A stretch of DNA of 32,000 nt from Acaryochloris thomasi RCC1774 (GTDB taxonomy: Bacteria; Cyanobacteriota; Cyanobacteriia; Thermosynechococcales; Thermosynechococcaceae). Below the pieces are notes generated by a model. It was not told the origin of the DNA, did not search any database, and saw only the letters and a list, made by a program, of their open reading frames with translations. The stretch lies in contig NZ_PQWO01000011.1 in the NCBI RefSeq assembly GCF_003231495.1, positions 30,001 through 62,000 on the forward strand. The letters run 5' to 3'. Positions 16,384 through 24,471 of the stretch are shown piece after piece (positions within the stretch are counted from its first letter, which is position 1; the number at the start of each line of letters is the position of its first letter). Position numbers and translations under genes: made by a program.

Positions 16384-17274
16384 TTAGGATTGAGCCTTGA
16401 GGTTCTTCAGCATTTTACGCAAGGCTGCTCGCCAGTGGGGCGGATGATCGTTCAGCAACGGTCGTATTTTGCTGTTGTTAAGCACAGAATAGCTAGGGCG
16501 TTGGGCTGTTGTGGGATATTCGGCTGTGGTAATCGGAATGACGTTGGGTTTTTGAGTGATCAGAGCCAGTTGATGGGCTTCTTCAAAGATTGCGATCGCA
16601 AAGTCGTACCAGCTACACACCCCGCTGTTGGTAAAGTGATAGACACCGTAAAAATCATCGCTGGTGTTCTCAGAAGCCTGCACTAAATGGGCCACCGCCT
16701 CAGCAATATGCTGCGCCCACGTAGGCGTCCCCACCTGATCGGCCACTACACGCACCTCTGGACGTTCGTTGCTCAGACGCAGCATTGTTTTAACAAAATT
16801 GCCTTTGCCGTATACACCGTATACCCAGGCGGTGCGCAGAATGATGTTGCGATCGCACCCCTGCTGCACCTCTAATTCCCCAGCCAGCTTAGATTTTCCA
16901 TAAATACCCAGCGGTCCAGGAAGATCCTGCTCTAGATAAGGAACGCTGTTATCACCCTTGAAAACGTAGTCTGTCGAAAGATGGATTAGCGTTGCCCCCA
17001 GCTCTTGAACTGCTTCAGCTATAACCTTTGGGGCTGTGCCATTGATGGCATAGGCCATCTCGACCTCAGCCTCAGCCTTATCCACTGCCGTGTAGGCTGC
17101 TGCATTGATCACAACTTCAGGACGCGTTGCGGCAATCACCTGACGGATCTTGTCCGACTCTAATAGGTCTAGATCGGATCTGCCCACAGCAACCACTTCA
17201 GCCAGCGGTGAAAGAACCTGATGGAGGACTTGCCCTACCTGTCCCTGAGCGCCTATTAACAAGATCTTGCCCAT
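16384..17274 (-). CDS. rfbD: dTDP-4-dehydrorhamnose reductase
   Basis: The N-terminus is MGKILLIGAQGQVGQ. Further matches are VINAAAYTAVDKAE, STDYVFKG and the YGKSKLAGE catalytic YxxxK. The protein is 296 aa. Confidence 0.9.
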   Translation of the reverse strand: MGKILLIGAQGQVGQVLHQVLSPLAEVVAVGRSDLDLLESDKIRQVIAATRPEVVINAAAYTAVDKAEAEVEMAYAINGTAPKVIAEAVQELGATLIHLSTDYVFKGDNSVPYLEQDLPGPLGIYGKSKLAGELEVQQGCDRNIILRTAWVYGVYGKGNFVKTMLRLSNERPEVRVVADQVGTPTWAQHIAEAVAHLVQASENTSDDFYGVYHFTNSGVCSWYDFAIAIFEEAHQLALITQKPNVIPITTAEYPTTAQRPSYSVLNNSKIRPLLNDHPPHWRAALRKMLKNLKAQS

Positions 17275-17593
17275 AGAATTCCTTTGTAGAGCGATGCCGG
17301 TTCTGACTCATGGGGAAATGCTTGCGATCGCACCTTAGCGATAGGGAAAGCATCATCAGTCATCCTGGCTGTCCCAAATATAAATTAAGTTCAGTCGTTT
17401 TTTGTCCATACCTAGCGCCATATCTTAAGAGCCACACAGGTGTCTCACTGAAAATTGCTGCTGTTCCGTTTTTGAAACCGAATCCTTAGCGGAAAAAGCA
17501 TCGGCTAGAATTAGCCTGAGATATTGCAGCCTGACTCAAGATCTGGGGACGTCGCAGTCAGCGCCAAAGTAATGATTTTTAGGGGTAAACGCA

Positions 17594-19672
17594 ATGAATA
17601 AAAAACAGTGGATGAGTCAAGGACCGCGCTGGAGTGCATTGGCAGCTATGTTACTGGCCTTGGGGACACAAATCCCAGGGCCTGCGATTGCTAAACCTCA
17701 GCCTGATCACACTATCAAAGCCTGTACCGATGAAGAGGTGATGCTGCCTTCTCATCCTGACGTGAAGATTCTCCGGCAACTTTTCGAGCGCTATGCCAGC
17801 GGAGAAACGCTTCAAACAGAGCTAGGGATGACCCGACTGGACTTTGCTCAGAGCCTCAATCGCTTTGTGAGTCGAGTCGATGCAGGTCAAGCACCAAACA
17901 GCAAAATTCAGCTCCGCTCTGCAGATTTAGCCTTACTGGAAAAACTCAAGCGAAATTACGCCACTGAGCTGGCATCACTGCGACAGCCCCGTCCTGTTGA
18001 TAGGGAGAATGGTTTTTATCCTGCCCCCGGTCGCTTCGGAGGTTCGCCCTCTTCACTTCGAGGTACCGTTGGTCAATTAAATCAAGCAGCACCGGCTCCC
18101 TTTAGTCGCAGCCAGTCCCTAACCGAACAAAAGTCTAGAGCCATCGGTTCTCGCACCAGAGCTATCCAGAAACCCAGCTTGTCTCCGCGTCCTTTACCCC
18201 CCATCAATGGGGACATCGATCGCATTCATCCACCGGGCACCTTCAGTACCGAAGAATACGATCGCATCAACGAAAACCCTTTTCAGCGACCCACTCAAGC
18301 CCCACTATCTACCTTCTCTATCGATGTAGACACCGCTTCCTACAGCAATGTCCGTCGCTTTGTGCGCCAGGGACAGCTCCCCCCTAAAGATGCGGTGCGC
18401 CTAGAGGAGATGATTAACTACTTTTCCTATGACTATCCGCAGCCCACAGGCGACCAGCCCTTCTCCGTCACCACAGAGGTCGCCACAACCCCCTGGAACG
18501 CTAAAAATAAGCTTGTCCAAGTGGGTCTCAAAGGGAAAGAGTTGACCACTCAACAACCCAGCAATCTCGTCTTTTTGATGGATGTTTCGGGTTCTATGCG
18601 GCAGGCTAATAAGCTACCGCTGGTCAAAAAGTCGCTATGCCAGCTTGTCCAGCAGCTCGACGTCCAGGATAAAGTGAGCATCGTCGTCTATGCCGGTAAT
18701 GCGGGCGTGGTGCTGGAGCCTACACTCGGCAGTCAGAAAACAAAGATTATGGAGGCTATCAACCGCCTAGAGGCCGGTGGAACCACTGCAGGCGGTGAAG
18801 GCATCGTTAAAGCCTATGACTTGGCAAAGCGAAATTTGCTCAAGGACGGCAATAACCGGGTGATTCTAGCCACCGATGGCGACTTCAATGTCGGCGTCTC
18901 CAGTGATGCAGAGCTAGAGCGCTTAATTGAGAAGAAGCGAGATGAAGGCATCTTTTTGACTGTATTGGGCTTCGGCACCGGCAACTACAAAGACGCCAAG
19001 ATGGAGCTATTGGCCGATAAGGGTAATGGTAACTATGCCTACCTCGATAATATTCTCGAAGCCCAGAAGGTTCTCGTCCACGACCTGCGGAGTACCCTGT
19101 TCACCATCGCCAAAGATGTCAAGATCCAAGTCGAGTTCAATCCTGATAAAGTGCAGGCTTACCGCTTAATTGGATATGAAAATCGGCTTCTAAGAGCGGA
19201 AGATTTTAATGACGATCGTAAAGATGCTGGAGAAATTGGATCAGGCCATACGGTGACGGCTCTCTATGAAGTGATTCCTGCTGGCGTAGAGACAGATATT
19301 GAGCTACCGGATGTTGATCCGCTCAAATACCAAAAGCCCCAGGCCTCTGACTCAGGCAGCGACGAACTGATGCAGGTAAAGCTGCGCTACAAAGCCCCCA
19401 CTGGACGGAAGAGTCAGTTGATTAGCCAACCCATCACAGAGGGGAGCGGTACCATTGGCTCAGCTTCTGACAATCTCAAGTTTTCGTCAGCCGTTGCCAT
19501 GTTCGGCATGATGCTGCGAGAGTCTGAGTTGAAGGGGGACACCAGCTACGCCAGCGTTTTAGAGTTGGCGAAACAGTCCCAAGGTGAAGATCAACGCGGC
19601 TACCGTCAAGGCTTCATCGATCTAGTGGAAAGTAGTCAAAAGCTGAGCCAAACGAGAGCTGAACTCGATTAG
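17594..19672 (+). CDS. Secreted von Willebrand factor type A (YfbK-like) protein with SLH/coiled-coil-like N-terminal module
   Basis: A signal peptide is present (WSALAAMLLALGTQIPGPAIA). The YfbK-type core has LSTFSIDVDTASYSNVRRFV and NLVFLMDVSGSM (MIDAS DxSxS). It also has ATDGDFNVG and AYRLIGYENR, the C-terminal DUF3520-like part. Confidence 0.85.
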   Translation: MNKKQWMSQGPRWSALAAMLLALGTQIPGPAIAKPQPDHTIKACTDEEVMLPSHPDVKILRQLFERYASGETLQTELGMTRLDFAQSLNRFVSRVDAGQAPNSKIQLRSADLALLEKLKRNYATELASLRQPRPVDRENGFYPAPGRFGGSPSSLRGTVGQLNQAAPAPFSRSQSLTEQKSRAIGSRTRAIQKPSLSPRPLPPINGDIDRIHPPGTFSTEEYDRINENPFQRPTQAPLSTFSIDVDTASYSNVRRFVRQGQLPPKDAVRLEEMINYFSYDYPQPTGDQPFSVTTEVATTPWNAKNKLVQVGLKGKELTTQQPSNLVFLMDVSGSMRQANKLPLVKKSLCQLVQQLDVQDKVSIVVYAGNAGVVLEPTLGSQKTKIMEAINRLEAGGTTAGGEGIVKAYDLAKRNLLKDGNNRVILATDGDFNVGVSSDAELERLIEKKRDEGIFLTVLGFGTGNYKDAKMELLADKGNGNYAYLDNILEAQKVLVHDLRSTLFTIAKDVKIQVEFNPDKVQAYRLIGYENRLLRAEDFNDDRKDAGEIGSGHTVTALYEVIPAGVETDIELPDVDPLKYQKPQASDSGSDELMQVKLRYKAPTGRKSQLISQPITEGSGTIGSASDNLKFSSAVAMFGMMLRESELKGDTSYASVLELAKQSQGEDQRGYRQGFIDLVESSQKLSQTRAELD

Positions 19673-19676
19673 CACC

Positions 19677-20159
19677 TTGCTAGAATCTGGCGCGACCTTT
19701 GATGACTCGGGTGCCTATCGCTACCGCTTGTGGCGGCGGTGGGATGCCCGAGGTTCTTTGCTCACGTTCGTGATGCTCAATCCCAGCCGAGCGGATGCCC
19801 AGACCAATGATCCGACAATTCGGCGCTGTATTCGGTTTGCTCAGTCCTGGGGCTATGGGGCGCTAGAAGTGGTCAATCTGTTTGCCTATTGCACCTCAAA
19901 GCCAGCAGAACTACGTCAAGCTAAAAAGCCGGTGGGGGAGAGTTGCGATCGCATCCTCATAGAGTCAGCGCGATCGGCCCAGATGATCCTGCTGGCCTGG
20001 GGCAATCATGGGCAGTATCAAAATCGGGGGAAAGTTGCGAGCAAGCTGCTAGCTGAAGTAGGTCCACTCCACTGTCTAGGTCTGACCCAGAAAGGAGAGC
20101 CAAGACATCCGCTCTATCTCAAACGTGATATTCAACCAAAACCCTATTCTGTCCCGTAG
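19677..20159 (+). CDS. DUF1643 domain protein
   Basis: The family pattern is YRYRLWRRWD...LTFVMLNPSRADAQTNDPTIRRCIRFAQSWGYGALEVVNLFAY...PRHPLY. The TTG start is 4 nt after the VWA stop. Confidence 0.8.
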   Translation: MLESGATFDDSGAYRYRLWRRWDARGSLLTFVMLNPSRADAQTNDPTIRRCIRFAQSWGYGALEVVNLFAYCTSKPAELRQAKKPVGESCDRILIESARSAQMILLAWGNHGQYQNRGKVASKLLAEVGPLHCLGLTQKGEPRHPLYLKRDIQPKPYSVP

Positions 20160-20234
20160 TAGAGAAGATTGAACCAGACAATTGGTGCATCTGTTAACGC
20201 AGTGTAAGAAAGAACCGTTGATACTCGCTTTAGA

Positions 20235-20248
20235 CAATTGTACAATTG
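20235..20248 (+). promoter_or_regulatory. Perfect 14-bp palindrome CAATTGTACAATTG abutting the PIN-gene RBS (candidate TA operator)
   Basis: The sequence is self-complementary. It is immediately followed by GGAG and ATG 20253. An additional ACAATTG half-site lies at 20178-20184. Confidence 0.5.
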
Positions 20249-20252
20249 GAGA

Positions 20253-20641
20253 ATGAATATTGTTGCAGACACCAATATATTTTTGGCAGTGACGCTTGAG
20301 GAAGAAAGCAAAGACCGCATTATTGAAGTAACAGAAGGCTGTTCGCTTTATGCTCCAGAAATCTTGCCCTATGAAATAGGTAACGCACTATCGGCAATGG
20401 TAAAAAGGCATCAGATTGAGGGAATGATGTTACAGCGATTTATCACATCACTCAGAAAATTCCAGTCAGTCTTGCCAAAGTTGATATTCCTAAAGCTTTA
20501 GATATAGCTATTCAACAAAATATTTATGCTTACGATGCCTACTTTCTGCAGTGTGCATTGGCTTTATCAAGCCCTCTTATAACGCTCGATCAACGGCTAA
20601 AGGCGGTGGCACAGACTATGAATATAGAAATACTGGAGTAG
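20253..20641 (+). pseudogene. vapC: PIN-domain (VapC-like) toxin gene interrupted by a 1-nt frameshift
   Basis: The first frame gives MNIVADTNIFLAV...EILPYEIGNALSAMVKRHQIEG, then nonsense and a stop at 20499-20501. The -1 frame, open from 20420, gives GNDVTAIYHITQKIPVSLAKVDIPKALDIAIQQNIYAYDAYFLQCALALSSPLITLDQRL...ILE*. The total of 389 nt is one base short of 130 codons. All four PIN acidic positions are recognisable (DTN, E in PYEIGN, YDAYFL, TLD). Confidence 0.7.
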
Positions 20642-20644
20642 AAG

Positions 20645-20860
20645 ATGAGAGTTTACACATATTCAGAAGCTCGTCAGCAGTTATCAGAACTGTTAAACCA
20701 GGCACAGTCAGAGGAAGTCTTGATAAAGAGACGAGATGGAACGACGTTCTCTGTAAGAGCTAGGAAGACGAAAGAATCTCCCTTTGATATCAAAGGCTTC
20801 AAGTCAGACGTATCGCAGAAAGATATCTTAAGCGCAGTTGAGGAATCTAGAGGTCGGTAG
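20645..20860 (+). CDS. Phd/YefM-like antitoxin
   Basis: The 71-aa protein begins MRVYTYSEARQQLSELLNQAQSEEVLIKRRDGTTF, the typical antitoxin N-terminal fold pattern. It starts 3 nt after the PIN-gene stop. Confidence 0.7.
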   Translation: MRVYTYSEARQQLSELLNQAQSEEVLIKRRDGTTFSVRARKTKESPFDIKGFKSDVSQKDILSAVEESRGR

Positions 20861-20946
20861 TTTGCTGAAAGCTTCCACAACGCCCGAACATGCGTTGATT
20901 TAAATTTGAAGTGCAGCAGAATCTGATGTACGAGGATACTGACAAA

Positions 20947-21003
20947 AGCGTTGCAAACTCTACAAATGTATTGTCGTTAAGGCTAGCGAATAGAATTCGC
21001 CTT
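20947..21003. repeat. Short dispersed intergenic repeat, copy A (full length)
   Basis: The sequence is AGCGTTGCAAACTCTACAAATGTATTGTCGTTAAGGCTAGCGAATAGAATTCGCCTT. Its 5' arm matches copy B (24373-24406). Its 3' hairpin arm matches copy C (16241-16290). It lies between the antitoxin stop and the convergent GST stop. Confidence 0.65.
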
Positions 21004-22018
21004 AAACCGCAGAAGGTGTTTGACTAACGCTTTCACGACCATGAGGCACCCTCAAGTCTTCTAAGTCAGGGCCAGCCGGAATGATTGCGCCAGGATTAAG
21101 TGGGAACAACATTCCGTAATAATCGCGCTTCACTGCCTCAACATTACAGGTTTCAGCAACCCCCGGAAGCTGATAAAGATCTCGCAAATACGCGCCTAAA
21201 TACTGATAGTCCTTAATGCGGCGGCGATTGCATTTAAATAAGCCGTAGTAGACTGTATCAAATCGATACAGCGTCGTGAATAGTCTTACGTCCGCTAGGG
21301 TAACGTGATCACCACAGAGATAGCGATGGGTCGCCAGGGCAGCATCGATTTCATCCAGAGCTGTAAACAGTTGACCGCAGGCTTCGTCATAGGCAATTTG
21401 AGTCTGAGCAAAGCCGCAGCGATAGACGCCGTTGTTGATGGCGGGATAGATCTTCTCGTTCCAGGTCTCAATGTCTGAACTCTGAGATTCAGGATACAGA
21501 TCCAGTTCAGGGTGTTGGGCAAACTCGTTGAACTGAGAGTTGAGAATCACAATGATCTCAGCACTTTCATTATTGACAATTGTCTTCGTCTTTTGATCCC
21601 AAAGGACCGGCACCGTTGCTCGTCCCTGATAACCCGATTTTGCGAGCGTGTATAGGTCTCTTAGCGTTTTGCAGCCTTGATGCTCTGACTCAAAGATCCA
21701 GCCGCCTGCTGTTGCTGAAGGCGCAACGACGGTGACGCCAATGGCCTCTTCTAATCCTTTGAGGGTGCGTACCACTAACGTTCGGTGTGCCCAGGGACAG
21801 CCGAGACCCACGTAGAGATGATATCGCCCTGATTCTGGCGGGTAGGGATGATCTGATTCGGGACTAATGGTGTCTCGAAACTGGCTGGCGGGACGTAGGT
21901 AAGAGCCTTTGCGATCGCGTGGGGCCATCTGAGACATCATCACCTGCCACATCGTTGTCCAGACAAACTTACCGAGGGAGATGATCGCGGAGGGAGGGAG
22001 TGATTTACCGAGCTTCAT
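21002..22018 (-). CDS. Glutathionyl-hydroquinone reductase (Xi-class GST, YqjG/ECM4 family)
   Basis: Hallmarks are GRYHLYVGLGCPWAHRTLVVRTLKGLE, TVPVLWD, NNESAEII and NNGVYRCGFA. The track ORF begins at GTG 22054. The first ATG is at 22018 and further ATGs lie at 21952-21928, so the start is uncertain. Confidence 0.88.
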   Translation of the reverse strand: MKLGKSLPPSAIISLGKFVWTTMWQVMMSQMAPRDRKGSYLRPASQFRDTISPESDHPYPPESGRYHLYVGLGCPWAHRTLVVRTLKGLEEAIGVTVVAPSATAGGWIFESEHQGCKTLRDLYTLAKSGYQGRATVPVLWDQKTKTIVNNESAEIIVILNSQFNEFAQHPELDLYPESQSSDIETWNEKIYPAINNGVYRCGFAQTQIAYDEACGQLFTALDEIDAALATHRYLCGDHVTLADVRLFTTLYRFDTVYYGLFKCNRRRIKDYQYLGAYLRDLYQLPGVAETCNVEAVKRDYYGMLFPLNPGAIIPAGPDLEDLRVPHGRESVSQTPSAV

Positions 22019-22160
22019 GATCAACTTTGCCTGTAGTGCGGTACCCGATTTCACTTGTATCCTAAGGCATTCTTAGGGCTGACTGGTGAGAGTCCGGTTA
22101 AGCTGCTCTGGAGTCTGACACTAAATTTAGTCAATGCCTTAGAAAATCGGACTCAGCCCG

Positions 22161-22189
22161 TTGACAGAGGTATCTTCTTTCGCTAACTT
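22161..22189 (+). promoter_or_regulatory. Candidate sigma-70-type promoter for tRNA-Glu
   Basis: TTGACA (22161-22166) is followed by a 17-nt spacer and TAACTT (22184-22189), 22 nt upstream of the tRNA 5' end. Confidence 0.35.
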
Positions 22190-22211
22190 AGTAAGGTCGT
22201 AAGACAAACAG

Positions 22212-22284
22212 GCCCCCATCGTCTAGAGGCCTAGGACACCTCCCTTTCACGGAGGCGACAGGGATTCGAATTCCCTTGGGGGTA
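22212..22284 (+). tRNA. trnE: tRNA-Glu (anticodon UUC)
   Basis: The 73 nt fold into a cloverleaf by hand. The acceptor is GCCCCCA/UGGGGGU, the D arm GUCU..AGGAC and the anticodon stem CCUCC/GGAGG with loop CUUUCAC. The T arm is AGGGA-UUCGAAU-UCCCU with discriminator A. CCA is not encoded. The sequence closely resembles plastid/cyanobacterial tRNA-Glu. Confidence 0.96.
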
Positions 22285-22326
22285 TTAATAAATTTTCAGC
22301 TATTGAGCTGAACTAATTTTAAGATA

Positions 22327-22358
22327 AGGGTAGGTGTTACACCTGCCCTTTCTACGTT
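22327..22358 (+). terminator. Rho-independent terminator candidate after tRNA-Glu
   Basis: A 10-bp stem AGGGTAGGTG-tta-CACCTGCCCT (one G.U pair) is followed by TTCTACGTTTC. It lies 10 nt before the rsmI ATG. Confidence 0.5.
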
Positions 22359-22368
22359 TCAGGACTTT

Positions 22369-23238
22369 ATGATGCCGCAGGTTCCCGATCACTCATTAGG
22401 TGAGCTTTATGTGGTGGGGACTCCCATTGGCAACCTCGAAGATATTAGCTTTAGAGCCATTCGCATTCTGAAGATGGTGGATGCGATCGCATCTGAAGAC
22501 ACCCGTCACACCGGCAAACTGCTGCATCATTTCGAAATCAAAACACCCCAGATTAGCTACCACCAACACAACCACAAGCAGCGTGCACCTGAACTACTCG
22601 CCCGACTGCAGCAGGGACAGTCCTTAGCCCTCGTCAGCGATGCAGGTCTACCCGGAATTTCTGATCCTGGCTATGAGCTTGTCCAGACATGCGTGGCAGC
22701 CAATATTAATGTCGTACCTATTCCCGGTCCCAGTGCAGCATTAACGGCTTTAACCGCTTCTGGACTGCCCAGCGATCGCTTTTGCTTTGAAGGTTTCTTA
22801 GCCGCTAAGGGCGCTGAGCGACGGGACCATCTTGCTCAATTTGAAGCAGAACCTCGGACGATCATTCTGTATGAATCTCCCCATCGACTGCGGCAAACGC
22901 TGCAGGATTTATGTACAACGTTGGGGGCTGATAGGCAGATCGTGATTGCGCGGGAACTTACAAAGCTCCATGAGACCTTTTGGCGAGGGACGGTGGAGGA
23001 TGCGATCTCAAAGTACGAAACTCAAAATCCACGGGGAGAATATACGTTGATCATTGCTGGCAAACCAATTGTAGAGACTGTCCACACAGATGACGAACTA
23101 AGACAAAAGCTACAAACTTTAATTGATCAGGGCATCTCGCCCTCGCAGGCAAGTCGGCAACTGGCCTCAATCCTTGGTGTTTCTCGACGATATCTTTATC
23201 GACTCTCGTTAGATTTAGTTTCTGGCTCTGCTCCTTAA
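22369..23238 (+). CDS. rsmI: 16S rRNA (cytidine1402-2'-O)-methyltransferase
   Basis: Matches are LYVVGTPIGNLEDISFRAIRILKMVDAIASEDTRHTGKLL, VSDAGLPGISDPG and ILYESPHRL. The protein is 289 aa. Confidence 0.93.
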   Translation: MMPQVPDHSLGELYVVGTPIGNLEDISFRAIRILKMVDAIASEDTRHTGKLLHHFEIKTPQISYHQHNHKQRAPELLARLQQGQSLALVSDAGLPGISDPGYELVQTCVAANINVVPIPGPSAALTALTASGLPSDRFCFEGFLAAKGAERRDHLAQFEAEPRTIILYESPHRLRQTLQDLCTTLGADRQIVIARELTKLHETFWRGTVEDAISKYETQNPRGEYTLIIAGKPIVETVHTDDELRQKLQTLIDQGISPSQASRQLASILGVSRRYLYRLSLDLVSGSAP

Positions 23239-23343
23239 AAAGACGTCAATATCCGTTTGAAACCCACAGATTTCAGTATTTTTCACGATGTGGAGAACGA
23301 CATAGGCAACATAATCTTTAGCTAATGTCTAGAGCAAAAACGA

Positions 23344-24363
23344 ATGGCGCACGATTTGGGTCAAGGAGCAGCCTTTGTTGCTGGTGGTGCAGCAGCAGGT
23401 TCTTGGGTATCAGTCAACGTTGGAGGCATGGGATTAGCTTTCTCTGGGACTGCCATTGGCATAGGCATGACGCCTGTGACCCTTGCTGGTGCAACAGCAG
23501 GTGCTGCCAGCTACGGTCTTTTCCGGGCGGTTGTTGAGGGTGATGCATCAGCGCTGAGCGCGGCTGCATTAGGAGGCTTGGGTGGAGCAGCAGTTTCCCT
23601 CCATGTCGGTGGTATGGGGTTAGCCGCGAAAGGAACTGCTATTAGCCTGGGACTGGCTCCTCTGACGGTTGCAGGATCAGTTGTTGGACTAGCAGTGTAT
23701 GGTTTACTGAAAAGTCTGGATCGAGGAGGTACCAAAGAACCTGCATCTCAAGTCTTTGAGCGTATGGACAGTAGAGTGTCTTGGCAGGAAAGCTATACTC
23801 AAGCACTCTTAGAGCTAAACATAGAAGCTCTAGAGAATCAGTTTGGCAACGACCCTTTGGCACAAAAATTTTTAGAGTGGCAGTTGGACGACGACCTAGA
23901 GCATCTCAAAAAGAACCTCAACATTCCTTCGGGTGCAAGCAACGCAACAAGTCAAATTCTTACTGGTCAATCTCTTGATCGAAGATTTCGCCAATTTCAG
24001 ATCGATTCTGAGCTAGAGGAACTCAAGGCAAAGATGGGACTTTCGCTGTGCTCACCTAAATTTTCTAAAGAGAGCCTATTGAGACTGGAAGCTCAAATCT
24101 TCTCCAACAAGCAATTTTGCTTCCAAAGGCTAGAGAACATTGCATGCACCTTCATGCCTGAGAATAAGCAAGCAGTGGGCGAATGGTGGCAAGTATTAGG
24201 GGTAGATCAAAACGCAACACCTACAGCCGTCAAGCAGGCATATTATCAACTTGCGAAGCGACACCATCCTGATTCCAGTATCTGCACCCATGCTCAAGCT
24301 AATATGCAAGCAGTCAATATTGCATATGACAAATACCAGCAAAGACTCAAGACTCTTAACTAA
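23344..24363 (+). CDS. C-terminal J-domain (DnaJ-like) protein with duplicated glycine-rich hydrophobic N-terminal module
   Basis: The C-terminus WWQVLGVDQNATPTAVKQAYYQLAKRHHPD contains the HPD motif. The N-terminus has two ~62-aa repeats (..VGGMGLAFSGTAIGIGMTPVTLAG.. and ..VGGMGLAAKGTAISLGLAPLTVAG..). The middle region is charged and coiled-coil-like. Confidence 0.75.
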   Translation: MAHDLGQGAAFVAGGAAAGSWVSVNVGGMGLAFSGTAIGIGMTPVTLAGATAGAASYGLFRAVVEGDASALSAAALGGLGGAAVSLHVGGMGLAAKGTAISLGLAPLTVAGSVVGLAVYGLLKSLDRGGTKEPASQVFERMDSRVSWQESYTQALLELNIEALENQFGNDPLAQKFLEWQLDDDLEHLKKNLNIPSGASNATSQILTGQSLDRRFRQFQIDSELEELKAKMGLSLCSPKFSKESLLRLEAQIFSNKQFCFQRLENIACTFMPENKQAVGEWWQVLGVDQNATPTAVKQAYYQLAKRHHPDSSICTHAQANMQAVNIAYDKYQQRLKTLN

Positions 24364-24372
24364 ATAGATGAG

Positions 24373-24418
24373 AGCGTTGTAATCCCTACGAATGTGTTGT
24401 CAAGGCCCTGTCGTAAAA
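24373..24418. repeat. Short dispersed intergenic repeat, copy B (5' arm, hairpin arm absent)
   Basis: AGCGTTGTAATCCCTACGAATGTGTTGTCAAGGC aligns with copy A at 24/29 positions, then a 3-nt indel, then AAGGC 5/5. The following CCTGTCGTAAAAC resembles CCTGTCAGAAC after copy C. It begins 10 nt after the J-protein stop. Confidence 0.6.
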
Positions 24419-24471
24419 CTTTCTGCTGTTAGGGAAAACTAAGTTAGTCAGCATACGGTGATCAACAGCGC

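Noticed and set aside
20551-20763. A 70-aa ORF bridging the PIN C-terminus and the antitoxin.
   Set aside because: It is in the wrong frame for both recognisable proteins, and its sequence has no family resemblance.
22212-22284. tRNA-Glu as an integration site for the nearby accessory genes (DUF1643, the TA locus).
   Set aside because: No integrase and no repeat of the tRNA 3' end were seen in the window. A core GST gene separates the tRNA from those genes.
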